Positions 26,575-33,568 of a stretch of 38,622 nt of DNA are shown one piece after another (the first letter of the stretch is position 1; every line of letters begins with the position of its first letter). The DNA is from a virus (Duplodnaviria > Caudoviricetes), in the IMG/VR virus record IMGVR_UViG_3300030330_004114, positions 1-38,622 of that record; one strand, written 5' to 3'. The notes beneath the pieces were generated by a model that had not been told where the DNA came from, made no database searches, and worked only from the letters and a program-made list of their open reading frames with translations. The translations under genes were made by a program, and so were the position numbers.

Positions 26575-27116
26575 CCTTTCTTTCCTTTCTTAGATTTCTT
26601 GCCCCACTTGCCTCTCTTGCCACATGCTCCGGGGGTGGGTCGGCATGAGGGATATTTTGATCTCTTTTCTCCGCTGCTACGCCCACAAGGTGAGCACTTT
26701 TTCTTTCCCGTCTTTTTGTCTTTGCGGCAAGTGTTGCAATCAACCCAGCCGCCCTTCTTGCCTGGAGCGCCCTTGCGACCAAACCAGTCTTTAAGGCTAC
26801 TCTCGGAAGAAGGTTTAGCCGTTAACTTTTTTTTTTCTTTCATAACTGCTGCGTATTCTTCACGAATAATCTGCAACATGTGATCGTCAAACTCTATGCT
26901 CTCTTTCTTCTTTGACTTGTTACCCCAGTTGGCGGCACCAACCTTACGGCACTTAACAAGTGCGCCACTGGCGTAGGCAGATGGCCACACATCGTAGCGA
27001 GCCTTTACCTTGTGATAGCAGGCGTCTTTCTTGCCGCCGCTCTTTTTCTTTTTTTCGTCTAGTTCGACTTCTTCTTCGTTGAGAGAGTCTTCATCAAATT
27101 CGTAGAGTTCTTCCAT
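26571..27116 (-). CDS. Hypothetical Lys/Cys-rich protein, putative head-internal DNA-binding protein
   Basis: Acidic leader, then KKDACYHKVKARYDVWPSAYASGALVKCR and SLKDWF...GWVDC...CGR...YPSCRP modules. Confidence 0.6.
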   Translation of the reverse strand: MEELYEFDEDSLNEEEVELDEKKKKSGGKKDACYHKVKARYDVWPSAYASGALVKCRKVGAANWGNKSKKKESIEFDDHMLQIIREEYAAVMKEKKKLTAKPSSESSLKDWFGRKGAPGKKGGWVDCNTCRKDKKTGKKKCSPCGRSSGEKRSKYPSCRPTPGACGKRGKWGKKSKKGKKG

Positions 27117-27133
27117 TTGCTACACCTCGGTAG

Positions 27134-27141
27134 TAAATAGT
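27134..27141 (-). promoter_or_regulatory. Candidate late-promoter motif ACTATTTA
   Basis: Intergenic, 17 nt upstream of ATG 27116. Confidence 0.55.
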
Positions 27142-27142
27142 G

Positions 27143-28108
27143 TCACTTATCATTACATTCCCTTGAAATCTTGTTTAAGAATGTTTTTAGTTCTTCCCAA
27201 TTCAACTCACCAAAGCCGTCTTCGATCATTAGCTTTAGAAGTTCAGTCTTGTGAAAGTCGCATTCAAAGTTCTCCAAGGCATGGTCAATAATCTGTTTGC
27301 CTTGGACAGAAATAAGCGGAGAATACAACTGCATCATGTCATAGTTGTGTTCAATCAACTTTCTAGATTCTGCGATTGTTTTAAAAACTTTGAGTTTTGA
27401 TTCTTTGGTCTCGCAGTATTCAATCAGTTCGTCAATTGTTACACTTCGCTCTTCCTTCATAAATGGAAGCTTGGTGGCGATGGTCTTCATGCCCACGCGA
27501 TTAACACCCGGAAGGTTGTCACTAGCATCCCCGTCCATTGCACGAGCAAGAGCCATATTTGTAGGGTGGATGCCAAGACTTTCAATCACAGTCTTCTTGG
27601 TTTCAATCTTATCAGTGGTTGGTCTATATACAACCGTCTCGTCGTCACAAAGTTGTAGGAAGTCTTTGTCATTTGAGACAATCACCTTCTGCCAACCATC
27701 GTAATGTCGAGAGTTACAAACATAAGAAATAATATCATCTGCTTCGACCCTCTCAAGGATAAGTTGAATGATTGGCATTTGGTTAAAGTATTCAATAACC
27801 TGCATCTGCTGCCAGACTTTGTTCTGGATCTCTTCGTTCTCTGTCAGGTTATGAACAGAACGATTTAGACGCAGGGGCTTGCGACCTTCTTTGTACCCAG
27901 AGTTTAGGGTCTTGCGCTTTTGCGAACCATTTGGTCCGTCCCAACAAATTACAATTTCATTTGGCTTTGTGATTCTTACAAGCTTTTGTAGAATCTTGAT
28001 AGATCCCTTGATGCCGCCAATTGGTTGTCCGTGCTGGGACAGGCTGGGATCAACGATAAACGCCCTCAAAAACATATTGAGGGCGTCGATAACGAGTACA
28101 CGCTTCAT
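27143..28108 (-). CDS. 5'-3' exonuclease / flap endonuclease (T4 RNase H or Pol I N-terminal-like)
   Basis: LVIDALN, WDG, YKEGR, EADD, SNDKDFLQL, GDASDNLPGV..VGMKT. Confidence 0.93.
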   Translation of the reverse strand: MKRVLVIDALNMFLRAFIVDPSLSQHGQPIGGIKGSIKILQKLVRITKPNEIVICWDGPNGSQKRKTLNSGYKEGRKPLRLNRSVHNLTENEEIQNKVWQQMQVIEYFNQMPIIQLILERVEADDIISYVCNSRHYDGWQKVIVSNDKDFLQLCDDETVVYRPTTDKIETKKTVIESLGIHPTNMALARAMDGDASDNLPGVNRVGMKTIATKLPFMKEERSVTIDELIEYCETKESKLKVFKTIAESRKLIEHNYDMMQLYSPLISVQGKQIIDHALENFECDFHKTELLKLMIEDGFGELNWEELKTFLNKISRECNDK

Positions 28109-28126
28109 AGATTACCTCCACCCCAT

Positions 28127-28155
28127 AATATAACAGGGTGGAGGCACGATGTCAA
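28127..28155 (-). promoter_or_regulatory. sigma70-type promoter
   Basis: TTGACA-17-TATATT with an extended -10 TG. The -35 box contains the recA TGA stop. Confidence 0.8.
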
Positions 28156-29270
28156 GAAGCTTTGTCTACCTCGTAGAAATCGGAGGCATCGCCTTCGCGC
28201 TTGTCGAACTTCTGCACGACCACTTCGTCCATGAACTCCATAACGTGCTTCTTGAATTCTTCGTCTTTCTCAAGAAGGTCTACCCACTTGCTAGGTTGGA
28301 AGCGCTTCATGTACTTCCCGTGTTGAAAAGTATACCAAGAGCCCGAGACAGTCATAAAGTTTTTAAGTGCTTCGAACCAAGATGCCTCATCTTGCACACC
28401 TACTTCGTCTGTACCCCACAAGATGCGGAAGGTACAGTTTCTACCCTGAGTTCCAAAGCGAGACTTTTCTAGCTTTACCTTGACCTCTGACCCAATACGG
28501 AATCCGTTTTCGTCTTCGATGTATGCAGCCTTGCTTCTACGACCTGTAAGCCAAATACGAAGAGAGTAAGAGTAATGCATCGCCTTGCCGCCCGGAGTGA
28601 TATAAGGGGTAGTCATCGCAATCTGTCGAGCCATCGGACCCTGTGGAATGTTAGTCTTCAACTGATTGAGGACAAGGAATGTTGCACGCTTGTCTGCAAG
28701 AGGGACAATCAACTTTGACATTCCCTTTGCAAGAATACGAGCCTTTGTAGCCACAGATGATTGTGGGTTGAAGTCGCCTTCGACATCTGATACCGATGGA
28801 GTGAATGCGAGGGAGTCCCAGATAAATAACATCTTGTCGTCCGTTGCCCCAAGGATGTCTTCAATTGTCTCTAGCACAAACTCTACAGATGGTGTTTGGA
28901 TGTACATAAGTGATTCTAAATCACACCCAGCACGTTCCAAGAACGCGGGGTCAATCGCAGACTCTGAATCAAAGTATACAACTCCAATCCCCATCTTCTG
29001 TGCGTTTGCTGCGATCTGCGCAGCGAGGAAAGACTTGCCAGTTGCCTCAAGTCCTGCAAGTTCTGTTACCTTTCCGACTGGGATACCTGCGTACTTGCCC
29101 TTGCAGATAATAGAATCAAGCCAGCGAGATCCTGTGGGAATCCATAACTTTACTTCTGTTGGGTTGTCTTCACGAAGGTCATGCGCCACATTGCGCTTTG
29201 CCTTTTTGTTTATCATTGCTCTAAGGTCAGACATAGATACACGCCCAGCCTTAGCTTTTGCTTTAGCCAT
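28152..29270 (-). CDS. recA: RecA/UvsX-like recombinase
   Basis: IPTGSRWLD, GLEATGKS, DSE, IWDS, NQLK, TPGGKA, KSRFG. Confidence 0.93.
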   Translation of the reverse strand: MAKAKAKAGRVSMSDLRAMINKKAKRNVAHDLREDNPTEVKLWIPTGSRWLDSIICKGKYAGIPVGKVTELAGLEATGKSFLAAQIAANAQKMGIGVVYFDSESAIDPAFLERAGCDLESLMYIQTPSVEFVLETIEDILGATDDKMLFIWDSLAFTPSVSDVEGDFNPQSSVATKARILAKGMSKLIVPLADKRATFLVLNQLKTNIPQGPMARQIAMTTPYITPGGKAMHYSYSLRIWLTGRRSKAAYIEDENGFRIGSEVKVKLEKSRFGTQGRNCTFRILWGTDEVGVQDEASWFEALKNFMTVSGSWYTFQHGKYMKRFQPSKWVDLLEKDEEFKKHVMEFMDEVVVQKFDKREGDASDFYEVDKAS

Positions 29271-29336
29271 ATAGTTCTCCTTATTTATTTTTTCTTTTCT
29301 TTATTTTTCTTTAATTTGAGCCGAAGCTCGTTAGTA

Positions 29337-29365
29337 ATTATAACACACAAGAAGCAAAAGTGCAA
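29337..29365 (-). promoter_or_regulatory. sigma70-type promoter for recA
   Basis: TTGCAC-17-TATAAT with an extended -10 TG, followed by a GAGC-TTCG-GCTC hairpin and an A-rich leader. Confidence 0.8.
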
Positions 29366-29367
29366 AG

Positions 29368-29396
29368 AAAAACCCCCACCTTTTTACGGGTGGGGG
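29368..29396 (-). terminator. Rho-independent terminator after the SSB gene
   Basis: Minus strand CCCCCACC-8 nt-GGTGGGGG followed by TTTTTC. Confidence 0.85.
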
Positions 29397-29418
29397 CGGC
29401 TGGAGCGGTACGCTTTTA

Positions 29419-30186
29419 CTAGCCAGCCATTAACTCGTCAAATGCCTTATCCACGCTTGACTTCTTGTTGGTGTTATACTGAGTGGTTTCGCGAGACCGT
29501 GACTCAGCAGAACTATCACCTGATAGCATTGCGTCTAGGATTGCACTAATTTCTTCTGGCGAATGACGAGTGAATAGTGCATCAATGTCCGGCATATTCT
29601 GCATCAGACCGGGGATTGCATCCTTGTCTGTCAGAAGCGGACTGGTATTGCGGCGCATCTTCATGTTGGTCTTGGGGTATGCGCCGGGGGTTGTAGGTTT
29701 GGTGTATGTGATGGTAATATCAGTGCCACCTTCGGGGTCAGTGATATCGCCGTACTCTGGATCGAGAATGTATCCAAGAAGAAGTTCATAAGCCTGTTTG
29801 CCGTAGCCATAGACCTTAACGCCTTCTTCCTCCATGCCACGGACAACAACGGGCGAGAAGTAACGAGTGCGAACAAAGAGTGACTTTGCAAGCTTCTTGG
29901 TCTCTTCATCGTTGGTATCAGTTCCGTCACGCCATAGCTGAGATGCAAACTCACAGATTGGACAGTGCTCACCAAAGTTGCGCTTCGGGCACATCACCCC
30001 ACCACGGTGTCCTTCGATGTTGTAGTGGAAGAAGATCTCCTTCAGCGGATCTCCATCTGCTGCTGGGACAATACGAACGTCTGTATCTCCCTCTTCTGGC
30101 TTAAACCATACACTGGTTCGATCACTCTTTCCTTCTCCACGAAGTGCGGCGAGCTTCTTCCGCATAAGTTCCATGTTGATTCCCAT
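29419..30186 (-). CDS. Single-stranded DNA-binding protein (T4 gp32-like)
   Basis: Start MGINMEL (ATG 30186, AAGGAG SD). WFKP...VRIVP, H...C...CPIC zinc site, GVKVYGYGK, DITDP..G.D, acidic C-terminal FDELM. Confidence 0.85.
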   Translation of the reverse strand: MGINMELMRKKLAALRGEGKSDRTSVWFKPEEGDTDVRIVPAADGDPLKEIFFHYNIEGHRGGVMCPKRNFGEHCPICEFASQLWRDGTDTNDEETKKLAKSLFVRTRYFSPVVVRGMEEEGVKVYGYGKQAYELLLGYILDPEYGDITDPEGGTDITITYTKPTTPGAYPKTNMKMRRNTSPLLTDKDAIPGLMQNMPDIDALFTRHSPEEISAILDAMLSGDSSAESRSRETTQYNTNKKSSVDKAFDELMAG

Positions 30187-30237
30187 AATGTTCTCCTTGT
30201 GTTGGGCTATAGTATGACGAGCGTTCCTCGCCATCTT

Positions 30238-30266
30238 AAGATAACACGCTCTCCAAGTCCTGTCAA
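30238..30266 (-). promoter_or_regulatory. sigma70-type promoter (SSB proximal)
   Basis: TTGACA-17-TATCTT with an extended -10 TG and an upstream A-tract. Confidence 0.75.
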
Positions 30267-30313
30267 GCGTAATTTTTTTGGGTGATGTTTGGAGCGTTCC
30301 CTTGCTCATCTCT

Positions 30314-30342
30314 AGTGTAACGTGATCAGCGTCGGCTGTCAA
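30314..30342 (-). promoter_or_regulatory. sigma70-type promoter (SSB distal)
   Basis: TTGACA-17-TACACT overlapping the end of the tubulin-like gene. Confidence 0.7.
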
Positions 30343-31189
30343 GTATATTTTGTCCTTGAATATAATTTGTGTGCGCTACGCAGAACCCAAAGTCTGTTTC
30401 ATAGGGTGACTCATAGATTGCATAAGTCACATTTTTGAACGCATTTCGGGGCTTGCTTTTGAGACTTTGGACGACCTTCGAGTGAAGCTTTCCATCCGTC
30501 TCTAGGCGCTTTTCCGCTATACATAAATAGTATGCTACGTCACGATCTTCCTCTAATTTATAATACCACTGTTCAGAAAGTTTGTCTACCGAAATCAAGC
30601 CAACTGAGCGTATTTTCTGGACTTCTGATGGCTTTGTTAAGTTGCCAACAAGCGGTTCCGTATGGTCAAAGACATTTAGGTAGTGAACAGCATAATAAAT
30701 GTTCTTGTTTATCATATCAAAATATTTTTTTATTGGAATCTCGCCTATTGTTTTCTCTATTGCCGGGTTTGACAAAATTGTAAAACTCTTGAAAAGACCG
30801 GACCTTGCATACTGCTGTAGTATGCCAAATATTGCCCTCTCTTGCAGCCTAGCATCACCTATCAACAGGTCTACGTCGGGCTTGATGTAAAAGATCTCTA
30901 TCTCTCGGTCTCTTATCTGTTGTAGAATTGCAAGTGTGTAGTTTGCTGAGAACGATGACCCGCAAACAAACACCTGAACCCTGTTTTGTATTACTTGTAG
31001 TGTCTTATACGATGAAAGCTTAGGTGCCTTCTCCTCACAATCTTCTGCTTTCTCTACTCTTGGCAAATCTCTGGTGTACTTTGTGTTGTCTCTTCCTTCT
31101 GAGAACAAAAAACAATTATATTCTTTGTGTTCCTCAAACAAGGACACAATATTACACCCAGCATCGCCTATACCTATCAGCGATATCAT
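30326..31189 (-). CDS. Divergent tubulin/FtsZ-superfamily protein
   Basis: N-terminal LIGIGDAGCNIV (T1 loop) and ILSNPAIE...FDMINKNI, resembling DNEAL...LN. The GGGTG signature is degenerate (CGSSFSA). Confidence 0.6.
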   Translation of the reverse strand: MISLIGIGDAGCNIVSLFEEHKEYNCFLFSEGRDNTKYTRDLPRVEKAEDCEEKAPKLSSYKTLQVIQNRVQVFVCGSSFSANYTLAILQQIRDREIEIFYIKPDVDLLIGDARLQERAIFGILQQYARSGLFKSFTILSNPAIEKTIGEIPIKKYFDMINKNIYYAVHYLNVFDHTEPLVGNLTKPSEVQKIRSVGLISVDKLSEQWYYKLEEDRDVAYYLCIAEKRLETDGKLHSKVVQSLKSKPRNAFKNVTYAIYESPYETDFGFCVAHTNYIQGQNILDSRR

Positions 31190-32376
31190 AACTTCAACTC
31201 CCTTAACTCTCCGTAATTCTTGCCTGCCTTAACATTTACCCTGAACGAACCAAGTTTATTGTTTTGGAATACCTCCTTCAACTCTGGTATAAGATATCTG
31301 TCTTTTTCATGGATGTCAAGCACAATTTCATCATGAACAATGAAAGCAACCTTGGATTGTGTATTCTCAAGGATCCTATCAAGTTCCACGGCACGATCGA
31401 TCGTAAGATCGGCTGTTGTGCTTTGGATAATATAGTTAAAAGCCCTGCGTTGATCGACCTTGATCCTTCTTTTGAATGGAGTTTCAACACGATCGCCATA
31501 AAAGTAGTCTCCAACCACACGCTCCCTACTATAAACAGAGTCATTGAGGGAACTGTCTTCATTATTGTAGAACGAAGCGAAGAATCTTACTTTGGCTTCC
31601 TCTCGATCTATTGGATGGTCACCATATAGATGTTCCATGTTCCACTGATGGATGTCCTCTTCCGGCTGCTCAACACCTGAGAGCGCCAAGAAAGTTCTGA
31701 TTTCTGCGCCGTTGTAATCGAACGACACAAGCCAATCGTTTGTGGGCTTGACTATCGAACGCAGTTTTGACTTCATTGTGAGAACAGGAAAGCTGTCTTT
31801 CTTGGTTGTTAGACGCCCCGTGACGGTTCCAAAAAGATTATAGTCAACATAGTGTGACTTCTTTTTTACAAGCTTCTGTATGTCCTGCCTGTCCGTTGTA
31901 GAGGTCATCAGGCTGCGACAGCCTTCGACGTTTACGTTCAACTTCTGGTAGCCGATCTTGTGGATCAACTTGTAAGCACGATCAAGGTGATCGTAGTTCT
32001 GTGGCTTCTTATGATTGGCGAATACATGCTCTGTAATCTTGTTCCGCATCTCACAAAACTCTAGCAAGAAGTCGCTTGGTACCAGATCAAAGAAACAATT
32101 CTGGTGCAGGTCAATCTTGGCGATCTGGAATGATTTCAAATACGCCCTGAAAGTTTTTTGCAATTCTTCAAAGTCTTCTTGTAGATGCTTGGGGCACACA
32201 TCTTGTAGTTTTTGCCCACCACATCGTAGCCAAGCATACTCAATGTCTGGGCTCTGAACTGAGCCAGTATATTTCCAAGTCTTTGAGAGGTTGTTGGGGA
32301 TGCCATCAAAATGCAACTTGCCATCAACATACACGCCAACACACTCTGACTTATCGTCAAGGGTTTGGAAGATCAT
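31186..32376 (-). CDS. Compact family-A DNA polymerase (polymerase domain only)
   Basis: GTVTGRLT, motif A FDYNGAEIR, motif B REEAKVRFFASFY, AFNYIIQSTTAD, motif C IVHDEIV. Confidence 0.85.
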   Translation of the reverse strand: MIFQTLDDKSECVGVYVDGKLHFDGIPNNLSKTWKYTGSVQSPDIEYAWLRCGGQKLQDVCPKHLQEDFEELQKTFRAYLKSFQIAKIDLHQNCFFDLVPSDFLLEFCEMRNKITEHVFANHKKPQNYDHLDRAYKLIHKIGYQKLNVNVEGCRSLMTSTTDRQDIQKLVKKKSHYVDYNLFGTVTGRLTTKKDSFPVLTMKSKLRSIVKPTNDWLVSFDYNGAEIRTFLALSGVEQPEEDIHQWNMEHLYGDHPIDREEAKVRFFASFYNNEDSSLNDSVYSRERVVGDYFYGDRVETPFKRRIKVDQRRAFNYIIQSTTADLTIDRAVELDRILENTQSKVAFIVHDEIVLDIHEKDRYLIPELKEVFQNNKLGSFRVNVKAGKNYGELRELKL

Positions 32377-33566
32377 CTGTCCTCACGTTTTTCTGCTTCT
32401 CTTATAAGATAACTCAAGGATCCTCTGTAGTCAAATGGTTGAGACACGAATCTTTCAAAATACCCGAGAGCAGTACGAAGATCTTTTGTATTTGACAAAT
32501 TGACAGTATCGGTTATAATTAGATCCTGCTTTGCTTCAGAGTGCTTACTTTCTTCTTCTATAAATCTTAACATACAATATAATTTAATAAAATAATTTTG
32601 ATTATATAAATTATTAATTTGTTCTAATGTATATCGTTCTGCTTTCTTTATAACTGTCTTGTTGTTACAATCATCAAATTCAATTAATATAGAAGAAAGA
32701 TTATTATATAATGTCAGTAGTGTTGCTGGTAGTGCTCTGAAGAATGGGTTATGTACTTTTGAAAAAGCGAAATCAATTACAGCGTCGGTAGATGTGTACC
32801 CATATCTAGCGGCATAACCTTGCATAGCAACTGAATCTAAATCTGCAACCAATCTCCAAGGTGCCGAAATATCAACCATAAATCCATAAGAGTCACACGC
32901 ATTAAGAAAATAACCAAAGTTTGAAGAGTTGACAAACTCATTAATTTTTTGGTCATCATTGGTATAAGACAAATCGCTCACTTCTATAGTGAGACCATTA
33001 CCAACGATAGGATTTAATCTACTTTTTATAAAACCCGTTTTAGTTACAGGATATGTCCCTTCGACAGACATTGAGAAGTCTTTCAAAAAAGTTATAAATT
33101 GTTCAAAGTTTGTAATTTTAAAGCCTTTGTTTTTTTTATATGTTGACATGGCACTTGTTAAGGCAGTCAAATATCTTTGATACGCTCTTTTTGGATCTTG
33201 ATAACCGGTGTATGCTACTAAATTAGATAAGTATGGATCACTATCTCTAATAGCTCCAATTTGGATAGATTTTCTAAAATGCCTGCTCAAACCAAAGAAA
33301 GCTTCACCAACAAAAGACATGACTTTTACTCTTCCAGAATCATTGCTACTGTTTGGGATAGTAGAAAAGCGAGATAAAACTCTGCTTGGCTCCATAGAGA
33401 CAAAGTTTCTGTCAACTCTTCCATAAAAATATTTCTCTCCAAAATTAAAATCTACAAGACAACCATAAGTTTTAGATAGTGATAAAAGTTCCGATTTGTA
33501 AATCTTGCTTTTGTCATATAAATTCTTGGTTGTTCCAGCATTAGATTCTTTATAAAATTTTGACAT
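32373..33566 (-). CDS. Hypothetical protein (end of the tail/baseplate module)
   Basis: 397-aa AT-rich ORF directly after the hub-like gene. No motif recognised. Confidence 0.7.
   Translation of the reverse strand: MSKFYKESNAGTTKNLYDKSKIYKSELLSLSKTYGCLVDFNFGEKYFYGRVDRNFVSMEPSRVLSRFSTIPNSSNDSGRVKVMSFVGEAFFGLSRHFRKSIQIGAIRDSDPYLSNLVAYTGYQDPKRAYQRYLTALTSAMSTYKKNKGFKITNFEQFITFLKDFSMSVEGTYPVTKTGFIKSRLNPIVGNGLTIEVSDLSYTNDDQKINEFVNSSNFGYFLNACDSYGFMVDISAPWRLVADLDSVAMQGYAARYGYTSTDAVIDFAFSKVHNPFFRALPATLLTLYNNLSSILIEFDDCNNKTVIKKAERYTLEQINNLYNQNYFIKLYCMLRFIEEESKHSEAKQDLIITDTVNLSNTKDLRTALGYFERFVSQPFDYRGSLSYLIREAEKREDR
32406..32434 (-). promoter_or_regulatory. sigma70-type promoter at the structural/replication boundary
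   Basis: TTGACT-17-TATCTT inside the 3' end of the 397-aa gene, 30 nt before the polA-like start. Confidence 0.6.
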
Positions 33567-33568
33567 TG

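Noticed and set aside
14193-29270. Inteins or introns in dnaE, nrdJ, helicase or recA
   Set aside because: Lengths are normal and motifs contiguous. No C...HN-(C/S/T) splice junctions or embedded homing endonucleases were seen.
30187-30342. ORF-track N-terminal extensions (SSB to 30342; also 20141, 9227, 14168, 13369, 5270)
   Set aside because: The extensions run through promoters or other genes. Downstream starts have clear SD sequences or stop/start overlaps.
30326-31189. Nucleus-forming (chimallin) phage assignment
   Set aside because: A tubulin-like gene alone is insufficient. No shell protein or phage multisubunit RNAP is recognisable here, and the promoters are host sigma70-type.
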